Assembly: GCA_013265495.1 (NCBI GenBank)
Contig: MU058009.1
Coordinates: forward strand, 2,854,001-2,918,000
Length of the DNA stretch: 64,000 nucleotides
Direction: 5' to 3'
Source: Vicugna vicugna
Lineage: Eukaryota
Each line of letters starts with the position of its first letter. Positions within the stretch are counted from its first letter, which is position 1. The position numbers and the translations under genes were made by a program. Below, one piece after another: positions 10,046 through 23,400 of the stretch. Under the pieces are notes generated by a model. It did not search any database, had not been told where the DNA came from, and saw only the letters and a list, made by a program, of their open reading frames with translations.

Positions 10046-12336
10046 GACATTAAAGACGCTTTCACACGTGGGTAGGCAGGGAATCTGGAGTGTCCTGCGG
10101 GTCTGGGGTGGCTGGCAGGCAGTGAAGCCGTCAGCTGGGGCTGAGTGTGAGGGGTGTACCGTTACCTTGGTCCTTGACTTTTCTTCCAGAGGGTGATGCA
10201 GCCTCCCTAAAGAAGTGTAAGCTGGGGTGCAACATGACTGCATCTGTCTTTTGGAAGGACGACTCTCAGCAATTGTGTGGAATGAGGATGGCATTAAGGA
10301 AGAGACTGGAGTAACAGGGACCGGGAAGGACAAGCTTTCCAGGGGCGATGCAAGCCCTGCCAAGGAGGGGACAGCGGAGACGGAGAGGAGTGTGCTGGCG
10401 TCTCTGAGTTCACCCTGTCAGGTTGGGTGATGGTGCAGGGCTAAGGGAAGGAAGCAGACAGAGGGAGTGACGAGCGGGACAGAGGTGCCCTTGGTCGAGC
10501 TGAGGGAAGCAGAGGACGGAGGTATTTGTGTGCATGGGTTGCTTTGGGTACATGCATGCGAGGGAGCGGCACGTCTGGTGTTGCGTGCCCTCTGGGACAG
10601 CTGGCAGAGATGGTTGAGGGGATGGGCCTGGGAGGGCCTGGGCATGTGGCCCTGGGAGCCAGCTGCAGGGACCGAGGACTGAAGCTGTGCGAGTGCTCTG
10701 CCCTCCAAATACGTGTGCAGTTAAGGACCGTCTGCACTTCCTCCTAAGTGTCTGCTCACCCTTCCAGCATTTCCTCATCCCTTGTCATTTCTCTCTTTTT
10801 GCACCTCCCAGAGCGCAGGTGAAGTCTACCTGGCCAGGCGCCATCCTGGGGCCTTTCCCCAAGAGTCAGCACCCTCAGTTCTCCTTTATGAAATGCGGTG
10901 ATTTCCAGCCACCGGACTCTGTGGTCCACAAGAGTCTTCTGGTTGGTCTGTGGGCTGATTCAGATGTCAGAGTGGGATGTCCTGGTGTCAAGGAGGAGAT
11001 TCCTGGCTGGCGCGTAGAGAGACGAGTAGGGGAGAAGTCTTTACTTGGAGTGACTGGATGTCTGGAGTCTCACTAACCACAGCTGGAAAGTACTGGACGA
11101 GTTGCTGGGCTGCCCCTGCCAGCTTGGCTAAGAAGTGACATTACTGGATCCCATCACCTCCTGGCTCTGGGCAGTAAGAGGCGAGGCTGCTCAGAGGTGC
11201 AGGGAGGAGGAAGCGAGGGCAGGCAGAGCATAGAGAGCCTCTATGAAGGAGGTGACATCCAGCCTGACTGCAGAGCTCCGAGGACCCCGAGATGGGAGAA
11301 AGCGGGGTCCGGCAGGCTCACGGGCTCTGCTCTGGGGCCCGCACTCAGGTGGGAGGTGGGCTTGGACCAGGAGAGCCAGAGCAGCTTTTCTCCTGCTGGC
11401 CTGGTCAAGGCCAAGCTCCAGGTTCTTCTTTAGTTAAATACCAGAGTTCTCTGCCCTTCAATTTCTGATGTTTGAGACGATCAGAGAAAACGCACGCCAG
11501 TGAGCCTTGTGCCAGCTGGGGCACGGACTCCCCGGTGGGAATTTTCTCTGCCGTGCTCACTCCTGGCTCTGCCCTTGGCTGTGGCCATCTGTGGAGCCTG
11601 GGGTTCCCCGGGACTTCTCTGCTCCGGGGGGTGGGGGGAAGCAGGGAGGCCGGGAGCCCGGGGAAGGCAAAGGGCATTGACTAGGTTGGTCAGGAAGGAC
11701 AGACCAGGGAGGCAGTCCACATGCACTTCTAAATGAGACGCCAGAGGTAAAACTCGTGGGCAGTAGCTTGCTAAGTGGACCCTTCCCATCCTGGGAGGTT
11801 CAGTAAGAGCCCTTCCAACCTGTTTGGCCAGTGAGCAGCGGGACAGGACAGGTGAGAGCAGGCTGGGGGTGTGGTGTCCGATGCTGTGCAGTGGGTTATT
11901 TCTCATTTCTGTGAACTGTGTCCCGGAGTGCTGGGACCCTGCGGGGGAAGATCTCTGTCCCAACCCCCCTTAAAGCTCCTCTGCGGGTGGCCATCATCTA
12001 AAATTCTGCTGTCAAAATTCGGTTTTAAAAAAGGCTTTGATCCTTTTAAGGTATAAAAATACGTGAATGGGAACCATTTTAAAGCTGCTATCAGTTATTT
12101 TCAGTGTAAATGAAAGTTATTACTTAGTGTAAATGATGCTGGCGGCAGCACATTTTGAGGAAGGAAAGCGAGGATGCGGGAGAAGAATTAGAGGACAGAA
12201 AGCATGGTGGTCGGGGGCAGACGGGGCGTGGTGGGGAGTGCAGGGCAGATGGGTTTCCGTGGGCCTCCCCCTCATTTTACCTGCAGGAGGAGACCTGGAC
12301 CTGCAGCTCACCTTGGTTCTCAGATGAACTGCACTG

Positions 12337-12675
12337 TTTTTTTTTCCTTAACATTGAAATATAGTTGATTTACCATGTTGTGTTAATTTCTGGTGTACAG
12401 CACAGTGATTCAGTTTTTTATATACACACACACACACACAATCCTTTTCATAGTCGTTTTCTTTGTAGGCCATTATAAGGTATCGAATATAGTTCCCTGT
12501 GCTGTACAGTAGGACCTTGTTGTTTATCTGTTTTATACACAGTGGTTGGTACCTGTGAATCTCGAACTCCCAAGTTATCCCTCCCTCTCCCTCCTCCTCC
12601 TTAACCGTAAGTTTGTTTTCTATGTTTGTGAATCTGTCTCTGTTTTGTAAATAAGTTCCTTTGTGTTCTTTTTTA
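12337..12675 (-). mobile_element. 5'-truncated L1 3' UTR of cetartiodactyl type, with internal (CA)n
   Basis: T-run followed by ATTGAAATATAGTTGATTTAC...GGTGTACAGCACAGTGATTCAG...AATATAGTTCCCTGTGCTGTACAGTAGGACCTTGTTGTTTATC. Confidence 0.85.
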
Positions 12676-15613
12676 AATCATAATTTTTAACTTTTATTTT
12701 AAAATTTTTAATTAAAATTTTATTTTTACTTTTTATTTTTGAAACTGTGAACTCTTGAAGTTAGAATTGTATCATACTGCCTAATTACCGGAGTCCCAAG
12801 TAATGCTCTTCACTCTGTGAGCTCAGTGTGTCCTCATTCACAGCTGAGGTGAGACTATTCCTCCTCTTTCATAAATAAGGAACTCAAAGCTGCGGGAGAC
12901 CGGGCCATTCAGCCAGCACCCACAAGCCACCCGGCGTGAGCCAGTGCTGGGCTGTGCCCTGCCTTGCAGATCGGCAGTTTGGGGCAGTGAGCTGGACCCA
13001 GTCGCACAGGGCTGCTGTTTTCAGCTCGGGTCCTGGCACGGCCCTATCCCAGTTTCAAATATTTTAACGACAGGTGCAAGAGGAGACTTTCCCTCCTGAC
13101 TAGGCATAAGCAGGACTCGCTAAACCTCTAGGAGGAGAGCAGCGGGCTTCGGAGGGCTACCCATCCCCCAGATCACGGGCACGGTCTTGAGGGTGTCGTC
13201 TGTGCCGGCGTGTTTCCAGGGATCACATGATGCCCCCTGTGGCCCCTAAGTGGTTAAGGATCACTGTGTTAGTGCAAACTGTGATCTGTGCTGAATTCCA
13301 GGGAGTTGCGTTCCCTCAGTGCCTCAGCGTGGAGGGAAGGGTGTGAAAATAAACACAACAGGAAAACAAATGCCTTTTTTTGGTACAAAGTAACTGACAC
13401 TCCTCTGTTCTGTTGGGGTGTCTCTGTGACTTTTTGTAAAAACTCCAAAGACAGTAGATCAGTCACATGAAGGCCATCAAGTTAAGTGTTTTTCTTACCC
13501 AAAGTGGAGATGTTAATAATTGCTGTCTCACCACGCCCCTTCCCCCACGTTTTGTAAAGATGAAGTCAGATAACATACATTCCCTCGTTCACGAATCATG
13601 TGCTGTTCTGTGTACGCCGGGTATCTTTATTTAAGGAGGAGAATGGGCTGATGGGAGAAAACTCGGCGTCTGGGGAGGAACGAGGAACTTTACCTGGGGG
13701 CCTCGTCTGACCTTCCGACATTCCCACTGACTGTGCTGAGGTGCCTGAGGTTGGGGTTCAAGCTGTCTTGAGGCTACTCTTCTGAGCGCGGGTGGTGGTG
13801 GGCAAGAGTGTACCGGGGGAGCGGAGCCGAGAGAAGCTTGCGTGGCAGAAGGAACCAGTGGCTTTCTAAATCCCCAGGCAGGAGTCAAAGATTTAGTGCT
13901 CACTTCATCTCCACTCCAGGTATCGCTCCTGCGCCAGTGTATGTAAACCTGTGGACTAAGTTACTAAACTGGGGAGCCTGAGCTAGGATGGTGGTGGCTG
14001 TTATCTAAGACCGTTTAAGGGGGGATTCAGGGTGCAAGAAGAAGGAAACTGTTACCCTGTGAGTTTCCCCAAGCCACGTCAGAACCTTTTGTTCTAACAT
14101 CCTAGCATCTGGGAGAACAGACACAGGACCTAAGTACCAGAGGGACTTCTACTAAATACTCAGCCCCGGAGGGAAGCAAAGTGGGTGGCGGAGAGGGAGA
14201 AAATAGAGGGAAATATTTCTTCTGAGCAGGGAAGAATGGACCCAGGCCCAGGGCTGCGATTCATGGGGCCTCAGATGAATCTCCAGCTGCTTCAGCTGTC
14301 TCCACATCTGGGGGAAGAGCAGCCAAGAGCCCCCGCACTGGTGGGAGCCAGGGGACGGTGCCGCGCTGTGGTTTAACACTCCCTGAGTCTTCCGAGAAGC
14401 TTCCCGAACACCTCTGTGAGCCTGTCTGCTCTGCCCACCTCTGCGGCACGGGCTCCCTGACAAGCAGATCACACATTCCTGGGATGTTCCTGGATCGTTG
14501 CCAGAGAACGGTAGAGACATAACAGCATAAAAAAAATGGCAAGCTCCTAAATCTATTTTCTGATCGAAATGCTAACATTTAAGGCAATGGTTTAATAACA
14601 CCTGATCTGAAGACTTGGGAGACTTCATTCACTCTGAAAATCAGAAGACCCACTGAACTCTTGCCTAGACCACAGGACTTCTTCCTCCTTTTAACCGCCC
14701 CTCCCCACCTGTGCTCTCTTTTCTCCTTCATTCTTTTCTCCTGTTTGGGGAGATATTCCAGGATGCTTGATTTTACAAGATGCAGAAGTCATCCTTGGTC
14801 CTGATGTTGGTGAATAATCAGAATCTGAAAGAAGTGAATTCTAAGTCTCCTTAGGGAATCCTGTGACTCCCTCCTCCCGGCCTCAGTGCATCACCCTTCT
14901 GGGTTGATCTACCTGGAACCTTCTGTGCCCACCTGACTCAGCCAAGCCATCAACTCCTGCCCTGGGGACAGTCACGGAGACTCCTGTGAAAGAAAAGGAA
15001 GCCCCAGTTCTGATGAGTTTCTAGTCCGGTGTGGCCATAGCCCAGCCTCAGGAGAAGGGCTTAACATTGAATTAGCAAAAAGCAAGCATGTCCAAATTGA
15101 ATATTCGTTTTCTAGAAACAGAATTCACAGATGCTGAGGGCACTAAGAGGAGAGGACCGTGTAGAGCTGTGTGAGTGGAGTGAAGTGGCTTCCTGTAAAA
15201 GGTGAGAATTGTGTAGACAGGCAGAGATGAGGCGGATAGGGCACTGTATGTGGGAGAGATGGCGTGCAGAAGTATTGGCTTCTGAGCAGAAGAAGCCAAG
15301 AGAATTAGTGTAGCTAGAGCCAGTAGAGCCAGGCTTTCACGGAAAGGGTGGAGAGGAATGCGCTTATAAGAGGAGAAAAGCGACTCTCTGGGTGGCCGTA
15401 GACAAGTAACTTTCTCTCTCTGGGCCTTAGTGGCCTCCACTAGGAGAGGAGGGTACTGGGCTGAGGTTCCATCAGAGAGGTGTAAGGAATTAATAATCGT
15501 GGGAGCAGTGTGTTGGGCACCCCAAATTCTCCTAGGAGATAGCCGAATCCCCATTTTAGAGCGGAAATTCCTTGTCCACTGTGAGTGACCAAGCTGAGAT
15601 GAGAATCGGGCCC

Positions 15614-15900
15614 ATTCACTCAGTATTTAAGGAGAGCTCCTGTTTGCCAAGCACTGGGCAGGCTGGAGCGAATGAGGCAGAGGGTTCCACCTTCATTCTA
15701 GTTGTGGGACTGGCGGGGAGGGGGAGACAGTGAATGAACAAGTAAGTGAACAAAACAGGTTTAGACACGGGTAGATGCTGCAGAGGAAAATAAAGCCACA
15801 GACTCAAGTGTAATTTTGGGCTTATTAGGTTGGATGGCCGAGGAGGGCCTCCCTGAGCAGGTGGCACTTGGGCTGAGACCAGAAGGGCAGGGAGAGGTCA
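15614..15900 (-). mobile_element. L2 3' fragment
   Basis: CATTCACTCAGTATTTAAGGAGAGCTCCTGTTTGCCAAGCACTG resembles the reverse L2 tail; boundaries approximate. Confidence 0.6.
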
Positions 15901-16249
15901 GCCTCATAGGTGAGGGGTGTAACAGGCCGAGCTGGAGGGTTCAGATCCGACAGGCCGGTCTTTCCCAGGGGGAGGAGTTGTCTTTCATTTCCCAAAGACC
16001 TGAAGATCCCACAGGACATGGAGAAGCAAGATGGTGGCACCTGCAGTGTTCTGGTATGGCAGCAGGGCCACCAAAGTGACACTGGGGATCCTGAGCAGAG
16101 CTGGGAGAAGGTGGCCCTACCAGCTTTCCTCCTTTCTCATTAGGAATACTAGAAACTTCGGGAGGTGATGACGCAGTCATCTTGGAGGGTCAAGGGTCTT
16201 GGTGGTAATAATAATGAATAATAATAGCTCATAAAAATATTAACCATCC

Positions 16250-16480
16250 TACTAGGTAACATTTGATAACTTTTTTATGTACCAAGCACTTCCGAGTGCT
16301 GTTAAAGTACTCACTTATTTAATCCTCATAATAGGTATGGGAGGTGGGTAGTAGTATTATGCTAATTTTAATAATGAAGAAGCAGAGGCTTAAGGAGGTA
16401 CAAGAACTTAACCAAGATGACACAAATAAGGGGAGGTGGCACCAGGGTCCTCTGAGCCTGGCTCCTAACCACCATGCCAT
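16250..16480 (-). mobile_element. MIR SINE
   Basis: ATTTAATCCTCATAATA...AATGAAGAAGCAGAGGCTTAAGGAGGT...CCAAGATGACACA. Confidence 0.7.
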
Positions 16481-18159
16481 GTTGCCTTTCATAGGCCACA
16501 AGCAGTCATTCAGTGTTGACTTGGAAGTGGCCTTAGATCTTATCTCCACCGGAGATTTCCAGTGCAGTCTGCTGACTGAAGACCTCTGATGGAAGATAAC
16601 CCCTCTTCTTTTCACAGATGAGAAAATGCAGAGTTGGGAATCAGATCAGTGATCGGAATGGAGTGTCCAGGCTGAGTTCCCCCAGCTTCTACTCAAGTTC
16701 TGTGTCCTGTAGCTCAGCACATCCCCAGAGCCTCAATTCCTGCTTAGGGACCCCTGGCAAACATGATGGGACAGAGTGGCAGCTTCCCAGGAGTGGAGAT
16801 GCGTGTTTATCAAGGTACCACACAGAAAACTCTTCAGGGTGGGGCTCAGCACAGACAGAGCTCGGTGCCTGCTGGTTCCTTTGAGAAAGTCACATGTGCT
16901 CAGGGATGAGACCCGTTGGGGGTGGTGGGGGAGGGGAAGCACGGCAGGCTGGTGGGGTTGGGCCTCCCCCCTGGGCCTGCGGTCTTGAGTGACACACCAC
17001 AGACCCTACAACTTCCGTGGATCACAGTGAAAGTAAAATGTCGGAAGCCTTGTAACTCACCAGGAAAACTGCTGGGTGTGGGGAACCAGGAGGTTGCCCT
17101 AAATAAGTGACTTACGATGGGCCTTGGCTGTCTTTAATTACAGGCCCTCTTTAAGCACACAAGCACAGAAGACCTTTGCAAACGTGGCCCTTCTCTCTCC
17201 CTCTCTCACAGTCCTCCATAGGCACGCTCTCCCCTTCATTTGCAGAGCATAAACACCACCTCTTACTCATTCACATAATGAGTCTCAGCCCCGTGCCTCT
17301 CAGTTGACAAGGGGCCCAGGAGGATCGGGCATCTGAGCCCTCTTCCGTTCCAAGGCCCCAGGGGGCTCCTCCAGCCTCCATCCGTTACGGGGAGAGGATG
17401 ATGGGCAAAAAGTCCTCCTCAATGGACCAGCCCCAGCTGTCTCTCCTGTTCAATAGCTACTCGAGCAGCCACTTTCCTAAAAAAAATTCCAAAGTTCTTC
17501 CGCTCACCCTTCCTGGGCTTCAAGTCAACACAGGCGCTCCCCTCCTGCTCCTCCTCTTGCAAACTCAGCTCAGAGCCCTCTGGTCCTGGAAAGATTTTCT
17601 AGGTATCAGGAGAGTCCAGGAAAGCCTTCCTTCCTCTGCTTGCCCTTCTTCCTCATCAGAAGAAAAGAGTTGATTTTGCGGAGAGAGAGGAAGGACTTCG
17701 AGGCCTGGAGCCTGAAACAGGGCCCCTTAGACCCCCCTCACACGAAACACGAACTCATGGCCTGACGTCATCCCCCCGCCCCTGCCCCCGCTGCATTCTC
17801 ACCCTCCCACTCCATTGTCCTCCACGACCCTTGGTCAAGGATCAAATGAGAGAAAGTCAGGGAGAAGTAACTGTTTCTTGATGATTTTTCTACTCTCCAC
17901 TGGTTGCTCAGCCCCTCCCTGGCAGGAAGACCCCCTCTTTCTCCACATCCCCCTAGGCACTGGTGTGTGCTCTCCCTCCAGCCCCGAGTGGTGTACACAC
18001 TCCCACTGGGACCTGGTGGGAGCTCCCGTTGTGACGCCCCCGTGGTGGGGATGCATAATGGCTGGTCACTCAATCCTGTCATGGAACCCCCACCCTCTGC
18101 CCTTCTCCCCGGGAGCTGGGCGCTGTCCTGGAGGGTTGCTGGCTCCTGAGGCTCAAGAG

Positions 18160-18292
18160 CACAGGTAATTGTGTTCGAATAATTACGAAGTGATGAGGGT
18201 TGTTATTAAACATAATTTATAAGTTCACATAATTAAAAGTTTAGTAATGACTGTGTTTAATAGCTGACTGGCAAAGTTCTTGAAAATTAAGC
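18160..18292. promoter_or_regulatory. AT-rich TAAT/ATTA motif cluster upstream of ADAMTS15
   Basis: TAATTG 18166, TAATTA 18180 and 18230, TAATGA 18245 and further ATTA cores, set in GC-rich flanks. Confidence 0.35.
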
Positions 18293-18499
18293 ACCTGCTC
18301 CAGTCCATCCAGCATACCACTGGGTCCCAGCGGCCCTGGGTTCCAGAAGGGGTCTCCACGTGCCTGGGCATTCGCCCTTCTGGCAGCAGTAGCACATTTC
18401 CAGGGATACTGATGAAGAAACAGCAGGGATGTTGCAAGGGGAGGGATGAGGTGGGTCTCGGAGACGAGGTCAGCAGTGGGTCTTCATATCCAACTCCCG

Positions 18500-20460
18500 A
18501 CCCCAACTACCTTGAGATAAAGGTTAAGCCCCAGGGAGCGGACAGATGTCGGTCCGGACGGAAGTGTCGGGCTCTGGGGCGCAGAGTGAAGGCAGACCGC
18601 AGACGAGACTCCCAGCGCTGATTTCTCTGGCCAGCCCACGCCTCCTGCCTCAGCTCAAACGCCACTCCCTCCCCGCCAAGTGGCTCTCCGCTCGGGAGGC
18701 GGGACCGACTTATTCGTGGCCCCAGGAGGCTCGGGGCTGCAAGCTTTGGGAGGCTGGGAGGGGAGGGAGGGAGGCAGGGCGCTGACTGGGCAGTCCAAAG
18801 AGGAGGGGGCCTTTAATAGGCTCGCCCAGCGCCTGCTTTGCGGCTCTGAGAGTGGCTGCGGTTCGGAGCAGCGGCCCGGCACCTCCCTCTAGTTCGCGGC
18901 TCCAAATCTTCGTCCTTGCACTTGACAGCGGTTGTACTTAAGCTCCTGGGGCGCGCTTTGCTTGGAAAGGCACAGGTAGGAGGCGCGGGCCGCCGGGTGC
19001 ACATTCACTGCTCTGGGAGGAATTTCTTAACCTTGGCTTTCCTTTCTGGAAGCTGCGGGCGGCCCCGGGGCGTCGGTCGTTCCTGTGTGCGGGCTGCAAA
19101 GAGACCGTGCCGGCGGCCCGGCAGCCGGGCCGAGCCTTTCCGAGAGCGCGGCTGTGCGCTGCCCGGCGCCATGCTTCTGCTGGGCATCTTAACGCTGACT
19201 CTCTCCGGGGCACTCGCTGGCGGCTCAGAGCCAGAGCAGGAGGTGGTGGTCCCCATCCGACTGGACCCAGACATCAACGGCCGCCACTACTACTGGCGGG
19301 GTCCTGAGGACTCCGAGGATCAGGGACTTATTTTTCAGATCACAGCATTTCAGGAGGACTTTTACCTTCACCTGACACCGGATGCTCAGTTCCTGGCGCC
19401 CGCCTTCGCCACTGAGCATCTGGGCGTCCCCCTCCAGGGTCTCATCGAGAGCTCTCCGGACTTGCGACGTTGCTTCTACTCTGGGGACGTGAACTCCGAG
19501 CCAGACTCATTCGCCGCTGTGAGCTTGTGCGGGGGGCTACGCGGAGCCTTCGGCTACCAAGGCGCCGAGTATGTCATTAGCCCGCTGCCCAACGCCAGTG
19601 CGCCGGCGGCGCAGCGCAACAGCCAGGGCGCACACCTCCTCCAGCGCCGGGGCACCCCCGGCGGGCCTCCCGGAGATCCCACCTCTCGCTGCGGGGTGGC
19701 CTCAGGCTGGAACCCCGACATTCTGAGGGCCCTGGACCCTTACAAGCCTCGGCGGAACAGTTTAGGGGAGGGTCGCAGCCACCGCAGGTCCGGGCGCGCC
19801 AAGCGGTTCGTGTCTATCCCGCGGTATGTGGAGACGCTGGTGGTGGCGGACGAGTCGATGGTCAAGTTCCACGGCGCGGACTTGGAGCATTATCTGCTGA
19901 CGCTGCTGGCCACCGCGGCGCGACTCTACCGCCATCCCAGCATCCTCAACCCCATCAGCATCGTCGTGGTCAAGGTGCTACTTCTCGGAGACCGCGACAC
20001 GGGGCCCAAGGTCACGGGCAACGCCGCCTTGACGCTGCGTAACTTCTGTGCGTGGCAGAAGAAGCTGAACAAAGTGAGTGACAAGCACCCTGAATACTGG
20101 GACACCGCCATCCTCTTTACCAGGCAGGTGAGTTGATCTGTCGCTTCTTTGGACCAGATGGCCCCCATTTTCTTGAGGTCACCGCCCTTAGCTCTTCAAA
20201 TGCCCTTTGTGTCGCGCAGTGCCCCTGAGTTTAAATTTCGTTGATCTCTTCCGACTGCCACTTTGGATCTTCCGGGGAGAGCCTGCGCCTGGGCTCGGCG
20301 GAGCTCTGGCTCGCGGGCAGCCGGACGCACGTGGGCGGTCAGCGGAACGCCTTGCTCCTTCGGAAGGTGTTGGCTTGGCGCGGCCAATGAGCGCCTCCTG
20401 GATCGGGCGCGGAGGGGCCGGAACCCAGGAGGTTGCCGCCCCGGAGCTGCAGTTTGTCTC
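18500..20460. promoter_or_regulatory. ADAMTS15: CpG island / promoter of ADAMTS15
   Basis: CpG-dense across exon 1; GC-box-like GGAGGCGGGAC near 18696; TATA-like TTTAATA at 18812-18818; no ATG between 18781 and 19171. Confidence 0.85.
19171..20127 (+). CDS. ADAMTS15: ADAMTS15 exon 1 coding part (signal, prodomain, furin site, N-terminal metalloprotease)
   Basis: GCCATGC start; [11 protein letters not shown]..., TSRCGV cysteine-switch-like motif, [19 protein letters not shown], ...[11 protein letters not shown]; donor CAG|GTGAGT. Confidence 0.97.
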
Positions 20461-23400
20461 CAAGGCAGAGAGGAGGCGCTCTGAGGATGGTGTTGGGGAG
20501 GTCCGCCCCTACTGTAAGGGGGCGTCTCAGTCCTTTCAGACACCTCCTTCCCAGGCTTCCTCTTTCTGCTTGTGGGAATGGAAGTTCAGCGCCTGCTACT
20601 TTCCTCATGGGTGACATGTTGTCATCCTCTGTCCTGGGCCTGGGAAACCTGGATTGGGATGAAGGAACTCATTTGGGATTTTTTTGTGGGCTCAAGTACA
20701 GGGAGTACTCCCTTCTTCCTCGCTGCTTCTCCTGCACCCGCTGTGCTGGGCATGCTTCCTTTGTGAGGGGCTTCAGGTCCACTCAGAGCAGGCAAACTAG
20801 TTAGAGTACCTGTTTGGAGCTTGGAATTTGAAGTGGAGCTTCACTTGGAGCTGAGTAGAGAACATCTCTCAGTTTTCCCGTATCCCTGTGGGCTGAGGTT
20901 GACCTGTTTGCCCTGATGCATGCTGCAGGCCAAAGCAGGCCAGGCTGCTCCTGATCCAGGCTCACTGACACTTCGCATGACCACGCTTGACGGCAGGACT
21001 CTGGCTTCTGCCCCTGGCCGTGTGCAAGTGGTGTGAGCTTGGATCCCAGCTGAAGGGTTGGAAAGATACTGAATCTTGGGATTAGGTCCCAAAAGCAGAT
21101 CAGAAAAGCAGCTCTGCCTTTTGCTGTGGATTTACTGAAAATTTAGATTCATAGATGGTGGCGTGATCGGGTTCTGTGTTTTTGGATTCTTGAAATTTCT
21201 CAGCTTACAGGAGACTGGGAGGAAAGGGGTATCCCTGTGACCGGCTTCCTCTGATTTTGGGGGCTGTGACTTGAATCTGTGCCAGGCTCTTCTTTTGCTC
21301 ACATCATAACCATGGCATTCGGGGGATGCCACTGCACCCTTGGTTACCTGTGGGGCCCCGACACTCCACCGTATCCTGATGGACTGGAGCGCCCGGGGCT
21401 GGAGCTGGAGTCTCCACAACAACCCATTTGGCACAGCTGGTCCCTTCCTGGAGCTGAACTTCCTCCTTTCCCAGCCTTCTCCTCCTACCACCTGGTTCCT
21501 CTGGGGAGGGCTCTGGCCTGAGTCCATTTCTTTGCGCTCACTCTTCCAAATGAGCTCTGTAGAGCTGCCCTGCCCAGCCCCTACAAGCACTGCCTGAGTC
21601 ACGAGGAAGAGGAGGTGGCTTCGACCTCCGCACACAGACCAGCTCGGCAGTCAGATGGCTGGGGGGAAAAGCGAAGGCCGAGAACAGGATCTCTTAATGG
21701 GCAAAGCAGCTGTTGCCCCATCTGCTACCGGCGATGCTCCTGTGGCGGTCACTCACTGGTCTAGAGTGAAAGGCCTCTGTCCCCGCTGCCTAGTGGCTGG
21801 GCTGACCTTTGGAACCAGCCCCTGGAAGAAGATTCCTGCTGGGAATATGGGCTACACCATCAGAAGGATCCGCCTTTGGGAGAAGAAGCAGTCGAACAGC
21901 GTGACAGCTTCTGTTTGTCAGTGGTGTGTGCTTGGCCCCAGGGGGCTGTGTTGACCATGCATAATGGGTACAAGATGTATGGCCACTTGGGCTGGAAGCA
22001 GTGATGTGCAAGATGTGAGCCTTAGCAGCTGCGTATCCCTCAGGCGTCGAGAGGGCAGAGCAAGAGAGCGGGGAGCCGCGCCAGCAGGCCTGTCACCCAG
22101 GTATGTGCTTGACGCTTTAGAGTGAACATGTCCCCCTGCGTCCTTGCCAGCAAAGACTTCAGGGCCTGCCGCATTCTCAGAGTCTCAGGAGTGGCTCATT
22201 CCCGAACCGCCTAGGGAAGGTGCAGGAGGGGGTGAGAACACCAGCACGCAGCTGCTCCTTCTAGAAGAAGGCCAATGTGGTCTCCGGGTGCCCAGGGCAG
22301 GAGATCCTGCTGTACCCCCACACAAAAGGGACTTTTGTTTTACGTTGTAAGGGTTGGTAGTAATCCTTTAAATCGGATGCGTGAGCGTCTCTGCTTAAAC
22401 CCCATTTATTATGATGGTGGTTTCACCAATGCTTTTTCAAACTAAAATTTGAACTTAAAATATGAAATATGAAATATGAAAAAGATATGAAAATTTGAAT
22501 TAAAAATATATAATGTGTCTGGATAAGACATTTTTAGAAATGTGCTTTTTTGGCAAATTACCTTTTGTCTCTAAGGGACCTTGGACTGATGGACACTTCT
22601 AGAGTCACCTGTTCCCCCAGAGAAACTGGAAAAATGGCGAGGACCCCTTTCTGATCACATTCCAGTTGTGGTTTTCATGGGGGGGGTGCCATTAGGAGGG
22701 GGTCGGGCTTGGTCGGAGATACTCCCTCCCAGGGAGCTCTAGGTGCCAGGGGTGCCCCGAGGGGAGCAGGAGGGGGCCAGGACCAGCAGGCCCTGGAGCT
22801 CCCTCTCTGACCAGGTCCGAGCTGCAGCGGTGGAAACAAACCTGGGCCAGGCACCAGGGAGCCCCGCTGTCCTCTTGGCAGGTGGAGGGAGGGGTGTGGG
22901 GTGTGGAAATCAAAACACCAGGAAGATGAGACCCAGGGAGGACCCTTTACTGTCTGCAGAGGAGAAGAAATGGATCGTACAGCAGGTATTTTGACCACTC
23001 GAGGAATTTTGCTTTAAGATGCAGAGCAAGTCCATGTTCCTGGAGGAAGTGTGCACGTCTGATTTTGCAAAGCAGTCAGCCTCTGGCCTCGTAACAGCAG
23101 GGTGAGGTCACACAGGGCTGGAACCAGGATCTGAGAATGAGAGCCAGTCTTCCGGGGTGGACGTTCATTTCTACGAGAAGTTTCTGCGACTTCTTGCTGC
23201 ACACCAGGCAGCGGGAGCCAGGCCCTCCACGCTGAGACCCAGCAGGACTGCGCTTCCCCAAGGCATCTCTCTCTTCAGGGCCAGCACCTCTGCTGTTCGG
23301 GTGGCTCTGTGGCCGGCTGGCTTCCATTCATTTGTCTGCACATTCTTTTACTACTTGTTGAGCCTCTGCTGCTTCCAGTACCGTCCTGGGCTGTGGAGAT

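Noticed and set aside
22443..22510. AAATATG x3 and duplicated AAAATTTGAA(C/T)T
   Set aside because: Ordinary slippage in AT-rich sequence.
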